Of a stretch of DNA of 64,000 bases, positions 39,736 to 51,735 are shown piece by piece. Below the pieces are notes generated by a model, which did not search any database, was not told the DNA's origin, and saw only the letters and a list, made by a program, of their open reading frames with translations. Origin of the DNA: Candidatus Latescibacterota bacterium (GTDB lineage Bacteria; Latescibacterota; UBA2968); assembly GCA_965205975.1 (NCBI GenBank), contig OZ242195.1, forward strand, positions 1,120,001-1,184,000, written 5' to 3'. Made by a program: the position numbers and the translations under genes. Position 1 is the stretch's first letter. The number at the start of each line of letters is the position of its first letter.

Positions 39736-40428
39736 ATGAATGGCTTTGTAAAAAGTAGAGGTGGTATCGCGGGTGTGGCGGATGTGGATATGCCGCGGGA
39801 AAAACTCGAGCGTTTGGGACCGGAGGCTTTGCGCGATGAGGAATTGCTGGCAATTTTGCTGCGGACGGGCTACGAAGGCCGAAATGTGCTGGAAATTTCG
39901 CGCGGGATAATCAAGAAGTATCCCGTTAATAAACTCGTGGATATGGATCTGAAAAAGCTCACGACAATGAAGGGAATCGGACGGGCAAAAGCCGCGGGTT
40001 TGGTCGCGGGATTTGAACTGGCAAAACGAGGTCTCAATCAGGGAATAGGAATTGAACCTTCTATTACGAGTCCGGTTGATGTTTTGGGGTTTCTGACCGA
40101 TATCAAAGATCGGCGCAAGGAATATTTTGTGGCGCTTTTTCTCAATGCTCGGAATCAGGTGATTTGCCGCGAAGATGTGTCGGTTGGCTCGCTCAATGCC
40201 TCACTCGTGCATCCGCGAGAAGTGTTTGCGCCAGCCGTGGGGTCGTCTGCTGCGAGTGTAATTCTGGCGCACAATCATCCCAGCGGTGATGTAACACCGA
40301 GCCGGGAAGATATTGAGCTGACGCGCCGCATGGTGCAGGCCGGTGAGATTATGGGGATTGAGGTGTTGGACCATCTAATCGTCGGTTCGGAGCGGTTCTT
40401 GAGCATGAAAGAGGCGAATGTTTTTTAG
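39736..40428 (+). CDS. radC: RadC family JAB-domain protein
   Basis: PREKL, ELLAILL, VHPREVF, AHNHPSGD, LDHLIV. Confidence 0.95.
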   Translation: MNGFVKSRGGIAGVADVDMPREKLERLGPEALRDEELLAILLRTGYEGRNVLEISRGIIKKYPVNKLVDMDLKKLTTMKGIGRAKAAGLVAGFELAKRGLNQGIGIEPSITSPVDVLGFLTDIKDRRKEYFVALFLNARNQVICREDVSVGSLNASLVHPREVFAPAVGSSAASVILAHNHPSGDVTPSREDIELTRRMVQAGEIMGIEVLDHLIVGSERFLSMKEANVF

Positions 40429-40436
40429 GTGGTGAT

Positions 40437-41246
40437 ATGAGTCGAATATTAACGCTGACGACAGATTTTGGCATTTCTGATGGCTATGTCGGTGCGATGA
40501 AGGGCGTGGTGCTCACCTGTGCGCCAGAAGCTCGAATTGTAGATATTACACATCAAGTGCCGCCTCAGGATATTGCTGCCGGTGCGTTTGCGATGTATTG
40601 CGCGTGCCCTTTTTTTCCAGAAGGTAGCGTGCATGTTGGGGTGGTTGATCCCGGAGTGGGGAGTGATCGACGGGGTATTGTCGTTGAGACGGAGCAATTT
40701 GTATATGTCGGACCGGATAATGGTCTGTTTTCTCCTGTCTATGAGCGAGAAGCTGTAAGGCGCATTGTGGCGATTGAAAATACGGCATTGATGAGACCCG
40801 TTGTAAGTTCGACGTTTCACGGACGAGATGTATTTGCCCTGGTAGGGGCGCATTTGCTCAAGGGAATACCGTGTGGCGAGGTGGGACCGGAAATTGAGGA
40901 TCCAGTTACATGTGATTTGTGGGGTGTTGAAGAGCGTGCCGATGCACTCGTTGGTCGGGTGGTGTGCGTTGACCATTTTGGCAATGCGATTTCAATGATT
41001 GCGCAGGCGCAAATTGATGCAAAATATTCCGATGGGGATTTTGAGATCGCGATTGGCAAGATGCGATTTGACCAGATATTCCAGACATATAGTGAGGCCA
41101 AAGAGGGAGAAGCACTGGCACTTTACGGCAGTATGGAGACGCTGGAGATCGCGATTTGTGGAGGTAGTGCAAGCAGGACGCTTGGCATAAAGCGAGGAGA
41201 TGAGATTTGTGTTTTTAGGGGTCAGGGCAGGAGGGATAAGAGTTGA
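40437..41246 (+). CDS. SAM hydroxide adenosyltransferase (DUF62) family
   Basis: TTDFG, VVDPGVGS.R, GPDNG, TFHGRDVF, VDHFGN. Confidence 0.9.
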   Translation: MSRILTLTTDFGISDGYVGAMKGVVLTCAPEARIVDITHQVPPQDIAAGAFAMYCACPFFPEGSVHVGVVDPGVGSDRRGIVVETEQFVYVGPDNGLFSPVYEREAVRRIVAIENTALMRPVVSSTFHGRDVFALVGAHLLKGIPCGEVGPEIEDPVTCDLWGVEERADALVGRVVCVDHFGNAISMIAQAQIDAKYSDGDFEIAIGKMRFDQIFQTYSEAKEGEALALYGSMETLEIAICGGSASRTLGIKRGDEICVFRGQGRRDKS

Positions 41247-41911
41247 GAAATGCGGTCTATTTCGATATCGGGCTGTTCTAATGGCGTTTGAGGCTTTCTG
41301 CTTTTTTGTCGGCCATGGCGCATGCGTGCGGTGGTCATACCCAGGGTTTTTGCCGTGGCTATTTCGTCGGTGAGTTTGTCGCCCACGCATAGAATGTGGG
41401 CGTGGGGCAAGGATAATGCTTTTGCTGCTTGCGTGAGGGATGGTGTTTTATCACTGCTTTTTCCGGCGTCGTGTAGAATGAGGGTATTGTCGGCCTCGCT
41501 AAAATAATCGCACAAGCCGAGAAGGCGCACTTTTTCGCGCTGGCGGTCGGGATTTCCAGAGGTGACAAGGGCGAGTTGGTAATCGCGCTGGACAAGGGTA
41601 GCGAGGGTGGGGAGTACATCGGGGAAAAGGGTGATGGTCTCCACAATGCGGGGATTGTAGGCATTGAGTGCCCGTTCTACGATGTTGGCCGGGATATTGT
41701 ACTGGGTGCCGAGTATGCGGATGGCCTCTGAAGATCCATGCGTTTGGGATAGTGACACCTGTTGCTGATAACCAGTCTCAATTGAGAGGTCGGGATGTGC
41801 AGATGCGAGAATTTGAGCTGCTCTGTGACGTGCGGGTTGGGTGAGTTGACCCGTGCAATCAAAGAGGGTGTCGTCGAGGTCAAAAATAATACCTCTAAAT
41901 TTTGCTATCAT
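41222..41911 (-). CDS. HAD-superfamily hydrolase
   Basis: FDLDDTL, LVTSG, K, VGD..TDEI motifs. Confidence 0.9.
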   Translation of the reverse strand: MIAKFRGIIFDLDDTLFDCTGQLTQPARHRAAQILASAHPDLSIETGYQQQVSLSQTHGSSEAIRILGTQYNIPANIVERALNAYNPRIVETITLFPDVLPTLATLVQRDYQLALVTSGNPDRQREKVRLLGLCDYFSEADNTLILHDAGKSSDKTPSLTQAAKALSLPHAHILCVGDKLTDEIATAKTLGMTTARMRHGRQKSRKPQTPLEQPDIEIDRISQLLSLLP

Positions 41912-43866
41912 TCGTCCAGGTCCCAGTAGTCGGGCACGCTCAGGCCGCTGAAAATGCGGCAGATCGCATCGGCGACTTTGGCAGGGTCGTGGCTGATAAA
42001 ATCACCCGCGCCGCGCTCTATGGTATCGGGATGAAATTCTTCTAAAAAGTCTGCACGGGTCCAGGGACCGAGTGCATCGAGCGTTTCTGAATCGCATTCA
42101 ACGAGAACTTTGCCATCTTTTTTGTACTTCTTGAGCAATGGGTGCCAGTCCTGACCTTTAGATGTTTGAAATATACGAGGGTTCTGCACCAGCGTGTGAT
42201 CGACGACGCCATCGCGCTGATTCTTGGGAAGGTGATTGAGGATGGTTTTGAGATGGTCAGAAGCCCTAAAATCATCGGTCTGCCCGGGTTGTGTGACGAT
42301 GTTGCAAACATAGATGGTTTTGCCCTGAGTGCGTTTGACCAGTGCTTTTTGAATGTCGGGCACGAGGAGGTTGGTGATGACGCTTGTGTACAGGCTGCCC
42401 GGTCCAATGACGACGACATCTGCATCGGCAATGGCTTGCAGAGCACCGCGCGGCGCTTTGATCTGATTTTGTTCCAGGCTCACTTTGCGCCCCTGGCGCA
42501 CGCGGATCTCAACTTGTCCGGTTTCGGAGTCTATGACGTGCTCGAGCGCGCTGTTTTTGCGATTGAGTTCGCGCAATAGTGCGTCGTTGGTGATGAGATA
42601 CGCCCGCTCGATCGGTGGTTTGTCGGGTTTCCTGACCATCCATTCGGTATATTGATGTTCGCCGTTTGTCAGTTTGGCGCAAATATCGACATTGTCGGTG
42701 CTGGCAGGGAAAACTGTGCCCTGTACGTGCAGCATGGCGCTGGCTGTTTTTATTGCCGCATTAAAATCGCCGAGTTGCTGAGTGAGTGCTGCCACGAGAA
42801 AGTTGCCAATATGGTCGTTCTTAAAAATACCGGATTCTTGTTCGCTGTTGGGAAAACGATGTTGGAAGACGTTGAATAGCCCCTGAGATATCTGTTCGGG
42901 GTCGGCGAGCGCTGTGAGGGCGTTGCGTATGTCACCGGGGGGCTGTACTCCCAAATTCCAGCGGATACGTCCCGAGGAAGCTCCGGTATCGGTCACGGCA
43001 ACGACGGCTGTGGGATGATGGGTATAGGGGCGCAGTCCGCGCAAAACAGTGGGCAGGCCGGTGCCACCGCCGATAACGGCGATTTTGAACCGGTCGGGGG
43101 TTTTGCCGATCCGCGAGAGGTGCAACAATGTGGATATTTGGGCGAGGTACTTGATTTCGTAGTTGGGGCGGTCGCCTATCGCGGGTGTTTCTCGGGAGAA
43201 TCTTCCGCGCCGCAACCAGATTGTGGTGAGGCCCTGGCGATTGCCTGCACGAATTTCATCGTGGGTGCGGTCGCCAACGACGATGAGTTGGTCGGGAGAG
43301 AGCTTGTGGCTTTCCAAGAGTTCTGAAAACCAGTAAGCATGTGCAGGGGGACCTTCGTTGATGATGCGATCAAAATAAGAGGCAATGCCCAGGCGTTCAA
43401 TTTTGTTGCGCTGACGGCGCACCCTGCCCAGCGTGATCAGAAATAGTTTATAGCCCGCCTGGCGCAATTCCCGGAGGGTATGTAAGGCGTCGGGATAGGG
43501 GCGAATGTCTTCTACATCTTCGGCATTGTAAACGCGCTCCATTTCAGCCACAAGGGCTTCGACTGGCTCGGCTTCCGGGTCGGTTTTTTGTTTGTCAAGA
43601 AAACGGCGTACCTGATCGGGTTTGTCTTTGAAGACAGCTTTGGCGATATCAAAAAAAGCGAAATAATAGGGCGAGGATGAATAATAAGGACCGTGTTTGC
43701 GTTCGAGCGTATTGATGCGTTGGAGTGCATAGGCGCGGGTGGCAAAAAAACCGTTTGAAAACAGAAAGGCAGCAACGCGCTGACGCGCGGCATGTACGAC
43801 GGGCGTCAGGTCAAATAGGGTTCCGTCGAGGTCGAATACGATTGCGCGGGCATTTTCCAGGGACAC
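41908..43866 (-). CDS. HAD hydrolase fused to a YvcK/GlmR (CofD-like) domain
   Basis: N-terminal FDLDGTL..VGDRTHDEI; C-terminal IGGGTGL, TDTGASSG, PPGDIRN, GPGSLYTS, HDP. Confidence 0.9.
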   Translation of the reverse strand: MSLENARAIVFDLDGTLFDLTPVVHAARQRVAAFLFSNGFFATRAYALQRINTLERKHGPYYSSSPYYFAFFDIAKAVFKDKPDQVRRFLDKQKTDPEAEPVEALVAEMERVYNAEDVEDIRPYPDALHTLRELRQAGYKLFLITLGRVRRQRNKIERLGIASYFDRIINEGPPAHAYWFSELLESHKLSPDQLIVVGDRTHDEIRAGNRQGLTTIWLRRGRFSRETPAIGDRPNYEIKYLAQISTLLHLSRIGKTPDRFKIAVIGGGTGLPTVLRGLRPYTHHPTAVVAVTDTGASSGRIRWNLGVQPPGDIRNALTALADPEQISQGLFNVFQHRFPNSEQESGIFKNDHIGNFLVAALTQQLGDFNAAIKTASAMLHVQGTVFPASTDNVDICAKLTNGEHQYTEWMVRKPDKPPIERAYLITNDALLRELNRKNSALEHVIDSETGQVEIRVRQGRKVSLEQNQIKAPRGALQAIADADVVVIGPGSLYTSVITNLLVPDIQKALVKRTQGKTIYVCNIVTQPGQTDDFRASDHLKTILNHLPKNQRDGVVDHTLVQNPRIFQTSKGQDWHPLLKKYKKDGKVLVECDSETLDALGPWTRADFLEEFHPDTIERGAGDFISHDPAKVADAICRIFSGLSVPDYWDLDE

Positions 43867-43958
43867 GGCACATCTCCGCGGTTGAGTTGTGGGAACAACG
43901 GGGAAGATAAGACTTTTTAGATTAAGAAAAAAAATAAAAGTGGGGAAGAAGAAAGATT

Positions 43959-44666
43959 GTGCAGATAATGTGTAAAATTTGGAAGGCGGCGCTCAATTTT
44001 GTTTATCCGTCGTCTTGTATGCTTTGCCAGGCATCACTGCCGGATTCGCCAGGGCTGTGTGATTCGTGTTGGGATGATATCGATATTTGGGATTCGGGAT
44101 TACACGAGGTGGGTTTTGAACACGAATTTGATCAGATAGTTATTTTGTATCAATTTAATGATTGTATTCGATCTTTAATTCACGCGCTCAAATACCGGGG
44201 AAAAACACTTCCTGGACAGATATTTGGGAAGGCTTTGGGGCAGCGCATTGGGGGCCTCTTCGATCCCGATACGGTGATCGTCCCGGTACCACTTCACTCT
44301 GCAAAAAAAAGAGCACGCGGATACAATCAAAGTGAGATTATTGCACGGGCTACAGGACGAGTGTCGGGTTTGCAAGTGCTGGCAAACGCGCTGAAAAGAG
44401 TGCGGCTAACTCCTACACAGACACAACTGGGCGTTTTGGAACGCCAACACAATGTGCAGGGAGCATTTCACGTGCGTCTTCCCGCGTCTATTGAGGGGCG
44501 AAAGATATTTCTGATTGACGATGTCATCACAACGGGCGCGACGCTAAATGCATGTGTTCTGGCGCTTAGATCTGCAGGGGCGCAATGCGTGTCTATTGGT
44601 GCTGTTGCCAGTCCCCTATTGGGAGAAGATGATCTGTCTCAAGACGTAGAAAAATCAGGGTCTTGA
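43959..44666 (+). CDS. comF: ComF family protein
   Basis: CxxC..CxxC zinc ribbon, VPVPLH, RGYNQS, LIDDVITTGAT. Confidence 0.92.
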   Translation: MQIMCKIWKAALNFVYPSSCMLCQASLPDSPGLCDSCWDDIDIWDSGLHEVGFEHEFDQIVILYQFNDCIRSLIHALKYRGKTLPGQIFGKALGQRIGGLFDPDTVIVPVPLHSAKKRARGYNQSEIIARATGRVSGLQVLANALKRVRLTPTQTQLGVLERQHNVQGAFHVRLPASIEGRKIFLIDDVITTGATLNACVLALRSAGAQCVSIGAVASPLLGEDDLSQDVEKSGS

Positions 44667-44714
44667 CACTGGTTTCATATTTTAGTGAGCGTGCCTGTAA
44701 AAAATACAACGGGC

Positions 44715-44743
44715 TTGACAGGTATGTTGCAATACCTTAAACT
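44715..44743 (+). promoter_or_regulatory. promoter of the glycolysis operon with a palindrome in the spacer
   Basis: TTGACA-17 bp-TAAACT; AGGTAT-N6-ATACCT at 44720-44737. Confidence 0.55.
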
Positions 44744-44814
44744 TCAAGTCTTTGAAAATCTCGCAGGACTCTGGCGATTATGCTCGTGATAGTGATTTTG
44801 CAAGAGGAGATATT

Positions 44815-46904
<2,090 letters not shown>

Positions 46905-46941
46905 AAATAGTCGCTGATTCTGACTTTTGAGAGGCGATAAC

Positions 46942-48150
46942 GTGGCGAAGTTGTCGATTACAGACCTGGATATGAGGGATAAGCGCGTTCTGGTGCGCGT
47001 TGATTTTAATGTGCCCATTGAAGATAGGCAGGTCGCGGATGACACGCGCTTGCGGGCTTCTTTGCCTACGATCCAATACATTTTGGATGCAGGTGGGCAG
47101 CCCGTGTTAATGTCACATTTGGGGCGTCCAGAGGGTGAGGTAGTGCCCGAGCTATCGCTTAAACCCGTGGCCGAAGCCCTTCAAATACTGCTGGGACGCG
47201 AAGTGCTTTTGTCGCCAGACTGTGTGGGTGAGGCAACAACCTCATTGGTGAAACGCGCGCCCGATGGTTCAGTTGTACTGCTCGAAAATTTGCGATTTCA
47301 CGCTGACGAAGAAGCCAATGCGCCGGGTTTTGCCACACAACTATCGGAATTGGGCGATGTGTATGTCAATGACGCCTTTGGCAGTGCCCATCGCGCGCAT
47401 GCCTCTACTGAGGGGATTACCCATTATTTTGTTGACTGTGCTGCGGGTTTGTTGATGCAGAAAGAGTTGGAGTATCTGGGCACGGCATTGGCCGATCCAG
47501 CGCGTCCTTATGTCGCGATTATGGGCGGGGCAAAAATTTCCGGTAAAATTGATGTGATTGAAAATTTGTTTTCAAAAGTGGATACCCTGCTCATTGGCGG
47601 TGGTATGGCGTTTACGTTTTTTAAGGCGATGGGCCTGGAAATTGGGAAGTCGTTGTTGGAAGAAGATCGCGTTGGGGTCGCTGCCCATTTGCTCAAGCGC
47701 GCAGAGGCTGAAGGTGTAGATCTGGTATTGCCAACCGATACGGTTGTGGCGGCAGAGATGACGGAGGGGATACCCGCTCAGATTGTGCCGCGAGATCAAA
47801 TTCCAGCGGATTTGGAGGGATTTGATATCGGAATCGAGACGCGAAAGCGATTTTCCGGTGTGGTTTTAAGTGCTAAAACCGTGGTGTGGAATGGTCCTCT
47901 GGGTGTGTGTGAGATTTTCTCTTTTTCAAAGGGGTCGCGTGCGGTTGCCAAAGCACTGGTTACGGCGACTGAGCGCGGTGCAACGACGATTGTTGGTGGG
48001 GGGGAAACTGCTGCTGCGATGGCAGATTTTGGCGTGGCGGAAAAATTGAGTCATGTCTCGACCGGAGGCGGGGCTTCTCTGGAGTTTTTAGAAGGCCAAA
48101 CACTGCCTGGTGTGGCGGCACTTTCGGATAGGGAAGAGGAAGAAGGATAG
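46942..48150 (+). CDS. pgk: phosphoglycerate kinase
   Basis: RVDFNVP, SHLGRP, LLENLRF, HVSTGGGASLE. Confidence 0.97.
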   Translation: MAKLSITDLDMRDKRVLVRVDFNVPIEDRQVADDTRLRASLPTIQYILDAGGQPVLMSHLGRPEGEVVPELSLKPVAEALQILLGREVLLSPDCVGEATTSLVKRAPDGSVVLLENLRFHADEEANAPGFATQLSELGDVYVNDAFGSAHRAHASTEGITHYFVDCAAGLLMQKELEYLGTALADPARPYVAIMGGAKISGKIDVIENLFSKVDTLLIGGGMAFTFFKAMGLEIGKSLLEEDRVGVAAHLLKRAEAEGVDLVLPTDTVVAAEMTEGIPAQIVPRDQIPADLEGFDIGIETRKRFSGVVLSAKTVVWNGPLGVCEIFSFSKGSRAVAKALVTATERGATTIVGGGETAAAMADFGVAEKLSHVSTGGGASLEFLEGQTLPGVAALSDREEEEG

Positions 48151-48181
48151 GTGCGTATTCAAATTGTGAAAGGGCGTAGCG

Positions 48182-48937
48182 ATGCGAACGCCATTTGTGG
48201 CGGGAAATTGGAAGCTCAATAAAACACCTGATGAGGCAGAAATACTTGCGCGATGCGTGGTGGATGCGGTATCGGGCGTGACGGATGTGGATGTGGCGAT
48301 ATGTCCACCTTTTACGGCGCTGGAACGGGTTTCAAGTGTGGTGTGCTGTACTGGTGTAGGGCTGGGTGCTCAGAATATGTACTGGGAGGCCGAGGGTGCT
48401 TTTACAGGTGAGGTTTCGGCTCCCATGCTGTTGACTTGCGGTTGTGAATACGTTATATTAGGTCACTCTGAACGGCGGCAGTTTTTTGGCGAAACAGACG
48501 ATACTGTCAACCGCCGTTTAAAGGCCGCCCTGAGTAATGAATTGAAGCCTATTGTGTGTATTGGCGAGTCTTTTGATGAGCGTCAGGCCGATGTGACTGA
48601 GCAGGTGGTTGAGACGCAAACGCGGGGTGCTCTCAACGGCATTTCCGCTGACGATATGCGAGGGATTACTCTGGCTTATGAGCCTGTTTGGGCCATTGGC
48701 ACAGGGCTGACGGCGACGCCGGAACAGGCAGAGGCTGTCCATGCGTTTCTCCGGCAGGTGTTGGCGCAAATTTATGACAACGATGTCGCACAGGGGATTC
48801 GCATTCAATATGGCGGGTCTGTGAAGCCCGATAATGCGGCGGAGTTGTTTCAGCAGGACAATATTGACGGAGGATTGATCGGCGGGGCTTCGCTGGAAGC
48901 CGATGATTTTGCCGCTATTGTGAAAGCGGCTATATAG
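48182..48937 (+). CDS. tpiA: triosephosphate isomerase
   Basis: GNWK, GHSERR, AYEPVWAIGTG, YGGSV. Confidence 0.97.
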   Translation: MRTPFVAGNWKLNKTPDEAEILARCVVDAVSGVTDVDVAICPPFTALERVSSVVCCTGVGLGAQNMYWEAEGAFTGEVSAPMLLTCGCEYVILGHSERRQFFGETDDTVNRRLKAALSNELKPIVCIGESFDERQADVTEQVVETQTRGALNGISADDMRGITLAYEPVWAIGTGLTATPEQAEAVHAFLRQVLAQIYDNDVAQGIRIQYGGSVKPDNAAELFQQDNIDGGLIGGASLEADDFAAIVKAAI

Positions 48938-48945
48938 AGGGTGAT

Positions 48946-49338
48946 ATGGAAATATTTCTTTTGATTGTTCATGTGATCGTTTGTGCGGTACTCATTCTGG
49001 TTATCTTGATGCAGCCCGGCAGAAGTGGTGGGCTGTCCGGTGGTGCTTTTGGCGGTATGGGGGGTGGGGGCACATCGATGTTTGGCGGTGGTGGTGCCGT
49101 GCCTATGTTGGCAAAAGTGACGACGTATGTGGGGATTATTTTTGCGCTGACGTGCATCGGGCTTTGGTACGCGGGGCGTTCTCCTGATTCTGTGCCGTCA
49201 ACGGCTGCTGAGCGATTAATGGAAGAAGGGCAGATGCCCATGCAGCAAATTCCTCAACCTTTGACCTTTCCGGAAACCACACCCACCGAAGGAACAACCC
49301 AAACAGCACCGGCCGATACCGGCAGTACCACGCCGTAG
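48946..49338 (+). CDS. secG: preprotein translocase subunit SecG
   Basis: Two TM segments around a Gly-rich loop; conserved tpiA-secG-tRNA-Leu order. Confidence 0.9.
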   Translation: MEIFLLIVHVIVCAVLILVILMQPGRSGGLSGGAFGGMGGGGTSMFGGGGAVPMLAKVTTYVGIIFALTCIGLWYAGRSPDSVPSTAAERLMEEGQMPMQQIPQPLTFPETTPTEGTTQTAPADTGSTTP

Positions 49339-49345
49339 ATTTTGT

Positions 49346-49432
49346 GCCGAAGTGGTGGAATTGGTAGACACGCTGTCTTGAGGGGGCAGTACTCGAAAGG
49401 GTGTAGGGGTTCGAATCCCCTCTTCGGCACCA
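49346..49432 (+). tRNA. tRNA-Leu(GAG)
   Basis: GCCGAAG/CTTCGGC acceptor stem, anticodon loop TTGAGGG, long variable arm, GTTCGAATC, CCA end. Confidence 0.97.
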
Positions 49433-49442
49433 CAATAAAAGC

Positions 49443-49475
49443 AAGGGCTTGTGATATGGATCGCAAGCCCTTTTT
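49443..49475 (+). terminator. intrinsic terminator after the tRNA
   Basis: AAGGGCTTGTGAT...ATCGCAAGCCCTT plus T tract. Confidence 0.75.
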
Positions 49476-49497
49476 CTGTCGATAGGAGTAAGATGCC

Positions 49498-51078
49498 ATG
49501 CGTTGGCATATCCTCGCCTTGCTATCCATTGTGCTTCTGATTCAACCTCTTCGGGCTAATGTCGTGTTAGAACAAGCCCCCAGGCCGGATTTTGATAATA
49601 GTGGTGTGGTTGATTTTCCCGACTTTTTGCTTTTTATCGCCAGGTTTGGGGCGCGTCAGGGCGATGATAAGTATGAAGATCGTTTTGATCTGGATGGCGA
49701 TGGCGAGATCGGGTTCGGCGATTTTTTGCGTTTTGCCGCAAATTTTGGCAAAACAGTCGCGCCAAATGGAGGGACGACCCCTGATAGGAAAATTCTCGGC
49801 TCGTTATTTATCTCTAAAGTATGGGCTGGGCATCCCGTTAGTTTTGACCTGTTGACTTATGGCGATGTACAATTTGTCGCATTTTACGATGCCGACCGCA
49901 AAATGACGGTGGGGATGAGAAATTTAGATGCAGAGACGTGGATATTTACACAGCCCAGAGGTGTATGGTTGGAAAATCGAGGCCGACTGTCGTCGGAGAT
50001 CGGATGGGACACTCACAATTACCTGACGATGGCCATTGATACCGACGATCATATCCATCTGAGCGGCAATATGCACGTGGATCCGCTGATTTATTTTCGC
50101 ACAACGCGGTCACTCGATGTGACGAGTTTTGAGCGCATTGATTCTATGGTGGGAGAAAGTGAAGACCGCTGTACTTATCCCGTGTTTATGCGCGGTCCCA
50201 ATAATGAATTGATTTTTCGATATCGAGACGGCAGTAGTGGCAATGCGGTTGAATTTTACAATATCTATGATGTTGAGACCAGAACCTGGCGAAGGTTGCA
50301 CGATACGCCGTTATTGGATGGGTTAGGGCGCATGAATGCGTACGCACGCAGCCCCCAGAAAGGTCCCGATGGGATGTTCCACATGATTTGGATGTGGCGC
50401 GATACGCCCGATGCTGCAACCAATCACGATATCTCTTATGCTCGCAGCCGAGACCTGGTCGCCTGGGAAACGGGTGGCGGCGATGCGCTGGAGTTACCGA
50501 TTACGATAGGAAGCGGTGCCATTGTCGATCCTGTGCCGCCGAGGGGTGGAATGATCAATATGACGCAGTCATTGGGTTTTGATCATCAGAAACGCCCGGT
50601 GATCAGTTATCACAAGCACGACGAAAATGGGTACACGCAAGCCTATTGTGCGCGATTGGAATACGGCGAATGGGTCGTGTACAAGGTGAGCGATTGGACC
50701 TATCGGTGGGAATTTGGAGGGGGCGGATCAATTGTCGCAGAGATTCGGTTGGGCAGCGTAAAGGTAGAATCCGATGGGGGCCTGAGTATGAGCTATATAC
50801 ATGTGAAAGAGGGACGGGGAATCTGGAAGTTGGATCCCCAAACCATGCAGGTGATCGGAACCTATCCGCCGCCGCCGAGTGCGATACCCGGGGAGTTGGC
50901 GCGAGTGACTTCTCAATATCCGGGCATGAGGATCAACACGCGCTGGGCGAGGGGAGCGGGCACAAGACCCGGCGAGCGATATCTCTTGCGCTGGGAAACG
51001 CTGGGGCGCAATCGGGACCTCCCACGAGAGGATATCCCACCACCGAGTGACTTGAGGCTTTATATTCTTCCGAAATGA
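49498..51078 (+). CDS. secreted protein: EF-hand/dockerin-like pair + BNR-4 beta-propeller domain
   Basis: Signal peptide; DFDNSGVVDFPDF and DLDGDGEIGFGDF; WDTHNY, IHLSGNMH, TYPVF, YRDGSSG, TNHDISYARS. Confidence 0.85.
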   Translation: MRWHILALLSIVLLIQPLRANVVLEQAPRPDFDNSGVVDFPDFLLFIARFGARQGDDKYEDRFDLDGDGEIGFGDFLRFAANFGKTVAPNGGTTPDRKILGSLFISKVWAGHPVSFDLLTYGDVQFVAFYDADRKMTVGMRNLDAETWIFTQPRGVWLENRGRLSSEIGWDTHNYLTMAIDTDDHIHLSGNMHVDPLIYFRTTRSLDVTSFERIDSMVGESEDRCTYPVFMRGPNNELIFRYRDGSSGNAVEFYNIYDVETRTWRRLHDTPLLDGLGRMNAYARSPQKGPDGMFHMIWMWRDTPDAATNHDISYARSRDLVAWETGGGDALELPITIGSGAIVDPVPPRGGMINMTQSLGFDHQKRPVISYHKHDENGYTQAYCARLEYGEWVVYKVSDWTYRWEFGGGGSIVAEIRLGSVKVESDGGLSMSYIHVKEGRGIWKLDPQTMQVIGTYPPPPSAIPGELARVTSQYPGMRINTRWARGAGTRPGERYLLRWETLGRNRDLPREDIPPPSDLRLYILPK

Positions 51079-51158
51079 GATGCCTGTGATATTAAGTTGT
51101 AAAAGCCCATTGGTTGCTTATATTTCAGTGTGTGTACAACCTTAACGGAGAACGCCTT

Positions 51159-51647
51159 ATGAAACGGCTCTATCTCGTGCGACACGCCAAGTCGGATTGG
51201 AGCAATTTCGGGTTGGCTGATTTTGATCGGCCCCTGAACAAGCGCGGAAGAAGGGACGCAAAGCGCATGGGCAAATATCTGAAGCAGGTATGGAAGGTCG
51301 AACCAGATTATGTGTTGTGCAGCACGGCCAAGCGCGTGCGATCTACGGTCAAGCGGTTGCGCAAATCTCTCAATTTTTCCAAAAAGCGAATTGCATGGCA
51401 CGAGCGCATTTATTCGGGGCATAGTGGGGATGTGTTAGATTTGATTCGACAGGTCGATAAGCGATATCGGGAAGTTATGGTGATAGGCCACAACCCGGAT
51501 ATGACCGTATTGGTCAATGAACTAACGGGATCTGCTATTGCCAATGTGCCGACTTGTGGTATTGCGGGTATTGATCTGCCGATTGATAATTGGTCAGATG
51601 CGGTGTCGGGAGATTTGGTGTTTTTTGTGGTTCCAAAGTCGATTTGA
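51159..51647 (+). CDS. SixA-like histidine phosphatase
   Basis: LVRHAKS, DFDRPL, GHNP. Confidence 0.9.
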   Translation: MKRLYLVRHAKSDWSNFGLADFDRPLNKRGRRDAKRMGKYLKQVWKVEPDYVLCSTAKRVRSTVKRLRKSLNFSKKRIAWHERIYSGHSGDVLDLIRQVDKRYREVMVIGHNPDMTVLVNELTGSAIANVPTCGIAGIDLPIDNWSDAVSGDLVFFVVPKSI

Positions 51648-51683
51648 CGTGGCTGTAACTTATTCATCAGTCAGCTTCCGCGT

Positions 51684-51724
51684 GGGGGTCGGTTCTTTAC
51701 TTGAGAATCGGCCCCCGTTTTTTT
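51684..51724 (+). terminator. intrinsic terminator between convergent genes
   Basis: GGGGGTCGGTTCT...AGAATCGGCCCCC plus T7. Confidence 0.75.
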
Positions 51725-51735
51725 GGGTTAGCCCC

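Noticed and set aside
40437..41246. SAM-dependent chlorinase/fluorinase
   Set aside because: TFHGRD His and housekeeping context fit DUF62 SAM hydrolase rather than a halogenase
49346..49500. tRNA-Leu as a genomic island attachment site
   Set aside because: No integrase and no duplicated tRNA 3' end seen in the window
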